Below, piece by piece: positions 38,282-46,282 of a stretch of DNA of 64,000 nucleotides (position 1 is the first letter of the stretch; every line of letters starts with the position of its first letter). Origin of the DNA: a virus; IMG/VR virus record IMGVR_UViG_3300023184_000046, positions 56,030 to 120,029 of that record. The stretch is one strand, 5' to 3'. Made by a program: the position numbers and the translations under genes. Under the pieces are notes generated by a model that worked only from the letters and a program-made list of their open reading frames with translations, was not told where the DNA came from and did no database searches.

Positions 38282-38764
38282 TCAACTTTTACACATTAAT
38301 TTTTCTAAAGTTTTTGCAACTTCATCTTTTATTTGTTCAATTGAAAGATCATCTACTTTTATATTGTATAAAACTGCCATGTGTACAACATTAAGCCATT
38401 CTTGATTAATAGGTGTAAAATACTTATTTTTAGATATAATGTTAGTGAGTACATCTACTTTTTCGTATATCTTATAGCACATTATTTGTGGCATAGAAGA
38501 TAAAGTTATATCATAGTGAACATCATTTTCATCTACTACCCAAGCATGAGTTATTGGAAGTCCTATACTGGTAACTACTATTCCTTCTGCATATCGTAGT
38601 TTATGCAGGTTCTGCATTACAATTCTTTGGGAATTTGCAAAGCATTGTTTAGCTTGTGGTCTAAAATTAGCAGCTTTAATAGATTCTTTAATGTGTTTTG
38701 GATGGTGTTTGTAAGGAACAGGACACCACCCATTCTTCATTAACTTATTAAAAACATCGTTCAT
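38282..38764 (-). CDS. Transglutaminase/papain-like fold hypothetical protein
   Basis: QCFANS...YAEG...HAWV...YDIT (Cys-His-Asp pattern). Confidence 0.5.
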   Translation of the reverse strand: MNDVFNKLMKNGWCPVPYKHHPKHIKESIKAANFRPQAKQCFANSQRIVMQNLHKLRYAEGIVVTSIGLPITHAWVVDENDVHYDITLSSMPQIMCYKIYEKVDVLTNIISKNKYFTPINQEWLNVVHMAVLYNIKVDDLSIEQIKDEVAKTLEKLMCKS

Positions 38765-39219
38765 TACATTGCTTCCTTATCCTGAGAAAACATTGATCTA
38801 ACTTTTACAGTTGTTTTGCCAGATACAGATGTTTTTGGCAATGTTTCTGCAAACACATCTTTGATATCATCAACTTTATCTTTAATTTTCTTAGAAAGTG
38901 TTGTTGCTTTGCCATCAAGTTTTTTAGCAACCACTTTACCCATAGCTAACGCAGCTTTTTCAATAGCTACTGCATCAGAGATGCCAAGTTCGGTTGAATA
39001 TTGTGCAATAAATTCGTAAAGGGCAACTGAAACAGTTGCAAGTCTTTCGTAATCTTCGCCTTTATTGACAGTTCCCTTAATATCTGCATTAACAATTGCA
39101 TCATTTTTGTTGTCCACTACTGTGATAGTAAGGTCAACATCATGGCTGCCAGTAGCCAATTTAGTGATTTGTTCTCCAAAAACCTTTTCGATTGCTGCAC
39201 AGGCTACTTCATTTAACAT
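38764..39219 (-). CDS. Hypothetical protein, paralog of 22972-23427
   Basis: Clear alignment by eye. Promoter motif at 39264-39294. Confidence 0.8.
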   Translation of the reverse strand: MLNEVACAAIEKVFGEQITKLATGSHDVDLTITVVDNKNDAIVNADIKGTVNKGEDYERLATVSVALYEFIAQYSTELGISDAVAIEKAALAMGKVVAKKLDGKATTLSKKIKDKVDDIKDVFAETLPKTSVSGKTTVKVRSMFSQDKEAM

Positions 39220-39398
39220 GATATACTTCCTTTATGTTGTATTACTTAGTTTCCCTATCATACTATCGGAAAGTTATTCGTTTGAATTTCAACTATCTTG
39301 CAAAAAATCTTAAATTTTTTAAAAGTATTTTGAAAATCATATAAGTTTATATTTGTCCGCAGGTTAACTAAACGCCTACAGGCAGGCAAGTAAATTTA

Positions 39399-39491
39399 TA
39401 AGTACATCCGTGCAGTAAAGTTATAAGTACATCCGTACAATAAAGTTATAAGTACATCCGTGTAATAAGTTTATAAGTACATCCGTGCAAA
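39399..39491. repeat. Four TAAGTACATCCGT motifs at ~25 bp period
   Basis: Directly visible. Confidence 0.9.
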
Positions 39492-39627
39492 AATTAAGAT
39501 TTCAGGTAAGTTTAAAGAAAGATTTTAATATTTCAGGAAGATTTTAAGATGCTTGACAAATATAATTATTCAAATACTCTTGTATATTAGATTGGTTTTG
39601 TGATAGGTTAATTACTATAAGTTGATT

Positions 39628-39837
39628 ATGAATAATAACATTGAAGTGAAAATTAAGCAAAATAATAGAAACCCAGAAGATTTGTATTTGGAAAAATACA
39701 AAGATATTCTTCTTTCTGGAAAGGCAAAAAAGTGTACTGGTTGTAAATGCATTACTCTTGGTAGATTGCCTGAAGCAGAACTTCTGTGTTATTTTTGCTG
39801 GTTAATTGAAAATAATTATATAAGCAATAAGCTTTAA
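39628..39837 (+). CDS. Small Cys-motif (zinc-binding?) protein
   Basis: CTGC...CYFC. TTGACA at 39554 upstream. Confidence 0.45.
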   Translation: MNNNIEVKIKQNNRNPEDLYLEKYKDILLSGKAKKCTGCKCITLGRLPEAELLCYFCWLIENNYISNKL

Positions 39838-39872
39838 TTGAATATTTCTGTTTTTAATAAGGAGAAGGAAAA

Positions 39873-40061
39873 ATGGATACTTTTGAAAACGCTTCCCCAC
39901 CTCATGAACAACCTGAAAAAGTCCTTGCAAGATGTTGGGAATGCGGTGAAGCTAAAATGTGTTTTGAACATATTGTTTGCTGTACTGGTACTCATTTTCA
40001 TACCTGTCCTGAATGCAGAGTTATTATTAATCAAGCTCCACAATTTAATATGTGGAGGTAA
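39873..40061 (+). CDS. Small zinc-finger-like protein
   Basis: AAGGA RBS. CWEC...CC..H..CPEC. Confidence 0.5.
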   Translation: MDTFENASPPHEQPEKVLARCWECGEAKMCFEHIVCCTGTHFHTCPECRVIINQAPQFNMWR

Positions 40062-40216
40062 TTGACATATTCTTATATCTGTCTGGCTATAATATAGATC
40101 AACATCCCGTCCTTATTACAGGCAGGCTATAATATAAACTTAATAAACTTATACTTTAACCTTAATAGCATCAGGATGTTTGTTTCTCTTTAGGCGTTTA
40201 AGGTTTTTGTGTAATT

Positions 40217-40462
40217 TTATCTCCGACCTTATCTCCGACTTTATCTCCGACTTTATTATTCTTGTGTTAGGAGCTTCCCCTCTTGTGTTAGGAGCTTCCC
40301 CTCTTGTGTTAGGAGCTTCCCCTCTTGTGTTAGGAGCTTCCCCTCTTGTGTTAGGAACTTCCCCTCTTGTGTTAGGAGCTTCCCCTTTTTGAAGCTATAC
40401 CGATGTAAGGGGAGGAGTTCACGCTGTAAGGGGAGGAGTTCACGCTGTAAGGGGAGGAGTTC
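40217..40462. repeat. Three adjacent tandem repeats: TTATCTCCGAC x3, CTTGTGTTAGGAGCTTCCCCT x6, TGTAAGGGGAGGAGTTCACGC x3
   Basis: Directly visible. Confidence 0.92.
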
Positions 40463-40551
40463 GCTATTACTGTCAGAAAAGTGCATACTATTTTCTGATT
40501 AACTTACAAAGAAACACGAAAGGAACACAATAATCAAATTGTGTTCCTTTA

Positions 40552-40679
40552 GGTGATGATATGGGGGATGATGATATGGGGATGATGATATGGGGGTGAT
40601 GATATGGGGGATGATGATATGGGGATGATGATATGGGGATGATGATATGGGGATGATGATATGGGGATGATGATATGGG
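40552..40679. repeat. (GATGATGATATGGG(G)) x ~9
   Basis: Begins right after the stop codon at 40683 on the - strand. Same family as 23919/29348/34122. Confidence 0.92.
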
Positions 40680-40682
40680 TAA

Positions 40683-41054
40683 TTATCTTCTTCTCTCTGC
40701 TGCATCAAACGACAATTGCCAATCAATATTATCTGCTGCTTTTGCTTTAAGTCTTTCTATTTGAAGTAATTGTGCGTCAACATTAGAAGAATTTACATGA
40801 TTTTTCATAAATGGTATTAAGTAATTCTTAAGCACATGGTTGTTAACAGTAAGAATAATGATTTCTTCGGCTTTTTTATCATCCATATCAGAATGGTTAG
40901 ATAACCAGCTTGCCATTTGGGAGCAATTGGTTTTAATGTATTCTATTTTTTCTTCAATGCTTCCATTTCTAGCAAAATTGAAGATTGATTCTATACTTTG
41001 CAATTCATTTTGTGCTTTAGAGTTGCCAAATAGATTGTTTAAAAAAGAAAACAT
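40683..41054 (-). CDS. Hypothetical protein ending NIDWQLSFDAAERRR
   Basis: RBS formed by the end of the upstream gene (AAGGAG). Confidence 0.65.
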   Translation of the reverse strand: MFSFLNNLFGNSKAQNELQSIESIFNFARNGSIEEKIEYIKTNCSQMASWLSNHSDMDDKKAEEIIILTVNNHVLKNYLIPFMKNHVNSSNVDAQLLQIERLKAKAADNIDWQLSFDAAERRR

Positions 41055-41056
41055 TA

Positions 41057-41551
41057 TTATCTCCTTCTTTCTGCTGCATCAAACGACAATTGCCAATCAA
41101 TATTATCAAGTGATTTTACGGTTGCAATAGAAGCATTTAGCATTTGTTGTTTTTGATAATTGTTTTCACCAGCTTGACTTAAAGAATTAAAAATAGAATT
41201 TAATTGGTTGTTTTCAGCTTTGAGACTATAAAACATTTTATCTTCTTCTTCTTTTTGCTTTTTTCTGATTGAGTCTTGTCTACTTTCTTCTCTTAATTCA
41301 GCTAAATGTTCTTGAAGTTTTAAATCTCTTTCTTTTCTTCGTAGTTCATTTCGTTTTTGTTCTTCGGTAAATGCTTCATCACTAGCTTGTTTTTTAAGCT
41401 TCTTTAATCTAATCTTTTCATCTTTTCTAATTTGTTTTTTTTCTTCTTCTGTCAATGATCTTAATTCACAAGAAGGTTTATTAGGAGTTTCACTTTTCAA
41501 AGCAGGGAGTTCTCTTTCCCAAGCAGCAAGCATTTCTTCGGTAGTTGGCAT
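41057..41551 (-). CDS. Coiled-coil hypothetical protein ending NIDWQLSFDAAERRR
   Basis: AGGAG RBS. Charged helical sequence. Confidence 0.65.
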   Translation of the reverse strand: MPTTEEMLAAWERELPALKSETPNKPSCELRSLTEEEKKQIRKDEKIRLKKLKKQASDEAFTEEQKRNELRRKERDLKLQEHLAELREESRQDSIRKKQKEEEDKMFYSLKAENNQLNSIFNSLSQAGENNYQKQQMLNASIATVKSLDNIDWQLSFDAAERRR

Positions 41552-41717
41552 AACAAATCTCCTTTTTGTTTATAATAATATATTAAACAAAAATATTAAG
41601 AAAGCAAGTCTTTTTCTTTTAATTTTTCTTCTAATAATATTATTATTTGTTTTAGTCTTAAGATTTCAAGTGATAGTTCGTTTGATTTAGATTCTTGTAT
41701 AAAAAATTCATTTTCGT

Positions 41718-42080
41718 TCAATTTTCCTCGTTTCTAAATGCATACAAAAATATTTTATTTGGTGTTTTCCTAAAGTAATTAAGTAATTTAAGTGGGAAAT
41801 TACCAAATATAGTTGTGTTTTGAAGATAATAAACATCATCTATAAGATTTAAAGTATAATTATAATTTTCAAATTCATAATTAGAAAACACAAGATAAAA
41901 AAATTCTTGTTCTTTTGGAAATTTGTTATTTATATGTTTGAGAATAATATCGCTGCCGTTTAGAAATTGTTCTTGTTTTATTTTAAAAACCTCGTCATCA
42001 AAAAACCAAAGATCATCATAGAACCAAGGTTCTAAAACTTTCTTTTTTATTCGATAAGGTTTTATTATGAACATCTCCAT
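41718..42080 (-). CDS. DUF6717-like hypothetical protein
   Basis: WFFDD....EQFLNGSD motif. TATAAATA 4 nt upstream on the - strand. Confidence 0.5.
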   Translation of the reverse strand: MEMFIIKPYRIKKKVLEPWFYDDLWFFDDEVFKIKQEQFLNGSDIILKHINNKFPKEQEFFYLVFSNYEFENYNYTLNLIDDVYYLQNTTIFGNFPLKLLNYFRKTPNKIFLYAFRNEEN

Positions 42081-42102
42081 TCTATATTTATAAATGGCAA
42101 TA

Positions 42103-42136
42103 AAAAAACTACTGCAAATTAAATTTTGCAGTAGTT
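42103..42136 (-). terminator. Intrinsic terminator
   Basis: AACTACTGCAAA/TTTGCAGTAGTT stem plus T-run. Confidence 0.7.
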
Positions 42137-42150
42137 GTTTGTTTTAGAAA

Positions 42151-42423
42151 TTAAACAGCAGGTTTTTCAATGAATCTATTTATATATTCATTTATAGCCT
42201 TTATGTTAATTCTTTCTCCGTGGCCTTTCCCAGGACCACCTAAAGGAAGTTGTTTTAAGCAAATTCCTCTTTCGATGTACTTTTTAGCTCTTTGAAAAGC
42301 TGACTGTGGTTGTAGTTCCAGTTTTTCTGCAACCTCGTAAATGTTACTGCTTTCCATCCATGCTTTAACGAAATGTTCTGCAACAATACGATCCTTGTAT
42401 TTCTTGCTTATTTTCTTAGACAT
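42151..42423 (-). CDS. Small HTH-like DNA-binding protein
   Basis: SNIYEVAEKLELQPQSAFQRA. GGGAG RBS. Confidence 0.5.
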   Translation of the reverse strand: MSKKISKKYKDRIVAEHFVKAWMESSNIYEVAEKLELQPQSAFQRAKKYIERGICLKQLPLGGPGKGHGERINIKAINEYINRFIEKPAV

Positions 42424-42659
42424 GATTAGTCTCCCTCTAACCAAAAATATGATAAACAACGCTTGTTTATCTTTACCTTATTATTATTATTAGATGTTAA
42501 AATGGGAAAGTCAACTATTTTTAAAATTTTTATTTAAATTTTTTAATTTAAAATGAAAGAGGGAAGACCACTACACTAGTCTTCCCTCGAATCGTCTGCA
42601 CTTATATATTAACCACTTTTAGTTAATATATTATATACATGAAGATAAAAATTTTCAAA

Positions 42660-43160
42660 TTATGAGTTATAATTTTCTTCAAATTCTTTTCCATAAGACT
42701 TGCTTTGTAAGCAAAGTTTTTCAAGTCTTTGTTTAAAAGCCAATATGTATGGAGGAAAAGATTTTAAACTATTGAAAAGATCATATAGTTTTAAACCACA
42801 ATCATTATTCATATTGATGTATATGCACTTTCCAACTTTACCAATATGATAAGACTCTGAAACAAAACACTCATTGTTTTTTTCTGTAATAACATCTTCT
42901 ATATCATTAAGCATCGCATTAATGACAGTATCTGATGTTTGTTTATTAATTTGATCCAATAGTTGCTTTAGGAAAACATCGTTAAATCTAAGGTTAATGC
43001 AATCTTTAAACCTATTAATTTGAAACGCAGGAGTTTCAACAAAGTTTTCATTTGAAATAGTGTTCATATTAACACTACCTTTGTATTGCTTTACATTTCT
43101 TTGGTGAAATGGTTTTGCTCCATTAAATCCATTGCCACTAAAATTCTTATGCTTGAACAT
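42660..43160 (-). CDS. Hypothetical protein
   Basis: AGGAG RBS. Promoter motif at 43231-43261. Confidence 0.65.
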   Translation of the reverse strand: MFKHKNFSGNGFNGAKPFHQRNVKQYKGSVNMNTISNENFVETPAFQINRFKDCINLRFNDVFLKQLLDQINKQTSDTVINAMLNDIEDVITEKNNECFVSESYHIGKVGKCIYINMNNDCGLKLYDLFNSLKSFPPYILAFKQRLEKLCLQSKSYGKEFEENYNS

Positions 43161-43325
43161 TTTTAAACTCCTATAAAGGTATAACTATTTAATGCAGTCA
43201 ACATAACTACAAAGTCATTCTATATTGTAATATCGGTTTTCTCAACTACAACATTTCAACTTTATCAAAAAAATAGTAAAGTTAATATCGAAAAAGCACG
43301 AATAAGTATGTGAAAGGAGTTTTTT

Positions 43326-43478
43326 ATGAAAAAATTAGTTTTACTATGTGTGTTTATATCAGGATGTGCAGGTGTAAAGAATTCAGTTAACACAGAAGCA
43401 AAGACATCCTACTATCCAAATAACACACAAAGTATTGAACGAATAGATTTATCTATTCAAATGAAAAAAGAATGGTAG
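43326..43478 (+). CDS. Small lipoprotein (not in ORF track)
   Basis: MKKLVLLCVFISGC lipobox, AAGGAG RBS, 50 aa. Confidence 0.65.
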   Translation: MKKLVLLCVFISGCAGVKNSVNTEAKTSYYPNNTQSIERIDLSIQMKKEW

Positions 43479-43551
43479 CTCCCCCTCTTGGACTCGAACC
43501 AAGAACCCCGAAATTAACAGTTTCGTGCTCTACCAATTGAGCTAAGGAGGA
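43479..43551 (-). tRNA. trnN: tRNA-Asn (GTT)
   Basis: TCCTCCTTAGCTCAATTGGTAGAGC...CTGTTAA...GGTTCGAGTCC...AGGGGGAG cloverleaf. Confidence 0.93.
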
Positions 43552-43691
43552 ATAAAACCACATTAATCAATATTAACAATAATTAGCAATATATCAAGTT
43601 AATTACATTCTTTAAAATAATATTTTAAATAAATTTTTTGTGTTTACTAAATAAGTTATGACAACCTTCATAACCTTTAGGATAAACACCC

Positions 43692-44240
43692 ATGATAAAG
43701 CTTAAATGCCTATTTTGTTATTCCAATTTGACAGGTAAAAAAATAAAATATTGCTCAAAAAACTGCGAAAACAAATATAAAGTAGAAAAAAACAAGATGA
43801 ATAGACATAAAGAAAAAGCTTTAAAGCCAAAAATTAAATGTCTAGTGTGTAAAACATTTATTCCAGAAGGAAAAAGAAAATTTTGTTCTGCTAATTGTGC
43901 TTGCAAATACAAAAACAGAGAAGATAATGGTGCTAGTTCTTATAAAAGCCAGTTAAAAAGAGCTAAAGAAAGAAAATTAATATTAATTAATATGCTTGGT
44001 GGCTCATGTCAATCTTGTGGTTATTGTAAAAATTACTCCGTTTTATCTTTTCATCATGTAGATCCAAAACTTAAAAAGTTTGGAATAGACTCTCGTCAAT
44101 GCTCTAATCGTAGTTGGGAAACTCTATTTGAAGAAGTAGCCAAATGTATCCTCCTTTGTCTTAATTGCCATTCAGAATTACATCATCCACAATGTTCTAT
44201 TGGGCCAGCAGGGAATCGAACCCTGTCTGCCGAATTATGA
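43692..44240 (+). CDS. HNH endonuclease with N-terminal Cys-rich zinc-binding repeats
   Basis: CQSCGY...FHHVDP...LLCLNCHSELH. Confidence 0.85.
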   Translation: MIKLKCLFCYSNLTGKKIKYCSKNCENKYKVEKNKMNRHKEKALKPKIKCLVCKTFIPEGKRKFCSANCACKYKNREDNGASSYKSQLKRAKERKLILINMLGGSCQSCGYCKNYSVLSFHHVDPKLKKFGIDSRQCSNRSWETLFEEVAKCILLCLNCHSELHHPQCSIGPAGNRTLSAEL

Positions 44241-44272
44241 GTTCGGAACTCTATCCAATGAGTTACAGGCCC
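44201..44272 (-). tRNA. tRNA with CAT anticodon (probably Ile2, possibly elongator Met)
   Basis: GGGCCTGTAACTCATTGGATAGAG...CTCATAA...GGGTTCGATTCCC...GGCCCA. G1-C72 pair, so not an initiator. Confidence 0.85.
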
Positions 44273-44293
44273 ATATTTTAAGTTTATTTAAAT

Positions 44294-44977
44294 TTATGAT
44301 TTTAAGCAAGAGTATTTCTCTAACTTTATTAAACCTTTATCTAATTCTTTATGATGATTAGGGCACAATGCAACTAAGTTTTTAATATCATTAACATCTT
44401 TAATCAATGTTTCCATCGTAAAAGATGCAATGCTTTTAATGTGACAAATCTCAATATAAATAGAATAACCACAAACATAACAGCATTTAGGTTCACCTGA
44501 TTTCTTATAAACTCTTCTGGCGTGATCTCTTATACCAGCGTGTCTATTAGAACCCTTGCCTCTTAAATAATGTAATCCTAATGTATTTTCACCAATATCT
44601 TTTATTTTTGTTATTTTAATAAAACATTTTTTACAATAAGATGCACCAGTTGAAATGTATGTCTCACATCCATCATGGCCACATTTATTAGTAAAGGTTC
44701 TTTTTTTAAAGTTTTTATTATTAATCTTGGCAGAACAGCTTGAAGAACAATATACTAATCCACTAGGAGATATTTCTTTTAACCTGCGATTTACTTCTTT
44801 ATTACAGGAAGAGCAGTTGTAAGTGCCACTTTGGGCGTTTTTTATTTTATCGCTTAAAGAAACATAAGGAACACAATCATAGCAGGATGTCCTATTGCCA
44901 CATTTAATTCTTTTTCCATTAACTTTAGTATTTACTAAGAATTCCTTATTGCACTTAATACAAATTTTGGTCTTCAT
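44294..44977 (-). CDS. HNH endonuclease with Cys-rich N-terminus
   Basis: CYVCGY...EICHIK...NLVALCPNHHKELD. Confidence 0.85.
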   Translation of the reverse strand: MKTKICIKCNKEFLVNTKVNGKRIKCGNRTSCYDCVPYVSLSDKIKNAQSGTYNCSSCNKEVNRRLKEISPSGLVYCSSSCSAKINNKNFKKRTFTNKCGHDGCETYISTGASYCKKCFIKITKIKDIGENTLGLHYLRGKGSNRHAGIRDHARRVYKKSGEPKCCYVCGYSIYIEICHIKSIASFTMETLIKDVNDIKNLVALCPNHHKELDKGLIKLEKYSCLKS

Positions 44978-45017
44978 AAATTATTTTATGAAGATTAATT
45001 AAAAATGCAAATTGAAA

Positions 45018-45090
45018 AGCTAATGGAGAGACTTGAACTCTCAACTTCAGGTTTACAAAACCTGCACTCTACCAATTGAGTTACACTAGC
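45018..45090 (-). tRNA. trnT: tRNA-Thr (TGT)
   Basis: GCTAGTGTAACTCAATTGGTAGAG...TTTGTAA...AGTTCAAGTCT...CATTAGCT. Confidence 0.92.
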
Positions 45091-45280
45091 AATTTTTAGT
45101 TTTCTTAACAAATAACACTTTGTTATCATTTTTAAGAAAAAAATGGTCATCATCTTCTTCAAGAAGATTCCATTCTTTATCTAATATAGCATCCGAATTC
45201 ACAGATATAAATTTAATATCTTCAGTGCAAGTTGAAATTAACACACTAATATCTAAATTGCAAAACATTGTATCTTCCAT
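45086..45280 (-). CDS. Small hypothetical protein
   Basis: GGAGG RBS. Confidence 0.6.
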   Translation of the reverse strand: MEDTMFCNLDISVLISTCTEDIKFISVNSDAILDKEWNLLEEDDDHFFLKNDNKVLFVKKTKNC

Positions 45281-45322
45281 GATAAACCTCCATAATAAAT
45301 TTAATATATTTTAAAAACAAAG

Positions 45323-46015
45323 TCAAGATTGAAGATAGTTAGATGTGTCTGTAGCACCATCATATTCATATATTTTTTTAATTAGCGGTGATGCTATCAT
45401 ACCTTTTTCTTCATTGCCAACAATAATAATTGGTGTGTCACTTGGTAAAGAAGAATCTGAAAACCATTTGAATAATATATTAAATCTTAATATTATCTGA
45501 CAAAACCACCAAGGTACTATATCTTTTAGTAAGTATGAACCACCTAAATCATATCCGCAATCTAAATAAATTTCTTTAACACTTTCTGTGCAATAGTATT
45601 TATTTTCATCATTAAAGTTAAAATCATAACTTGGATCTTCATCTGTAAATCTGATAATTGCATCTTTAAAGTTTAACTCATCAAAAACATTAATATTTTT
45701 TAATCTATAAACGCAAAAATCAATCCCCTCCCAATTATCAAACCAATCTAATACTCTTAACTTCCTAGTGCCAAAATCAGAAACATCTATGGCATAGTAT
45801 TCATCTTTATCAACATACATGATTGTGGCGTGAGAATATTTAGAATTAGTGTACTTCTGTACCCATTTAGCAAAAGGAATTCCAAACGGGCCTTTTACAT
45901 TAGAAGAATTGAAAACTATATCACCAGTTTTAAGGTTAAGTTTTTTTAAATTATCTAATAATTGCTTACGCTTTTCATAAAGAGGACCTGGCGTAAATAC
46001 ATTTTTTTTAGTCAT
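45323..46015 (-). CDS. Permuted papain-like amidase (YiiX/YebB, NlpC/P60 superfamily)
   Basis: KTGDIVF, YSHATI, YDFNF...YYCTE. Confidence 0.8.
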   Translation of the reverse strand: MTKKNVFTPGPLYEKRKQLLDNLKKLNLKTGDIVFNSSNVKGPFGIPFAKWVQKYTNSKYSHATIMYVDKDEYYAIDVSDFGTRKLRVLDWFDNWEGIDFCVYRLKNINVFDELNFKDAIIRFTDEDPSYDFNFNDENKYYCTESVKEIYLDCGYDLGGSYLLKDIVPWWFCQIILRFNILFKWFSDSSLPSDTPIIIVGNEEKGMIASPLIKKIYEYDGATDTSNYLQS

Positions 46016-46281
46016 ATGTTGTAATCTACAAAATTAAGGTTTAATAATGATCTTAACCTTTTAACCTCTGCTATTAAATTAACAATATTATCTTTGGCAC
46101 ATAATAAAAAATTAATATTATTTTTAATATCAACTTCAGAATTAGAAAAATCTGCAATTAAAATTGGTTCTAAACTTATCTCTGGCAAACATACTAAAAC
46201 TTTATCGTCTTTAATATACCATTTGCCTTCAGTAATATTATAAACTGTATCTTCAATTTTTTTAATATCTTCTTCTTTCAT
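46012..46281 (-). CDS. Hypothetical (Ead/Ea22-like) protein
   Basis: TEGKW...NINFL..A...IVNLIAEVKRLR. Confidence 0.5.
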   Translation of the reverse strand: MKEEDIKKIEDTVYNITEGKWYIKDDKVLVCLPEISLEPILIADFSNSEVDIKNNINFLLCAKDNIVNLIAEVKRLRSLLNLNFVDYNI

Positions 46282-46282
46282 A

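Noticed and set aside
18489-39893. Identical MDTFENA N-termini at 18489 and 39873
   Set aside because: Only 7 residues in two genes with different upstream signals, so chance cannot be excluded
39838-40065. Overlapping ORFs 39838-40065 (+) and 39834-40043 (-)
   Set aside because: Overlap the better-supported 39873-40061 frame, which has an RBS, ATG and Cys motifs
40062-40093. sigma70 promoter TTGACA...TATAAT
   Set aside because: The spacer is 20 bp, too long for a canonical promoter. Kept only as a weak hint.
40180-40726. Repeat-derived ORFs 40180-40392, 40256-40486 and 40499-40726
   Set aside because: Translations of tandem repeats with non-ATG starts and no RBS
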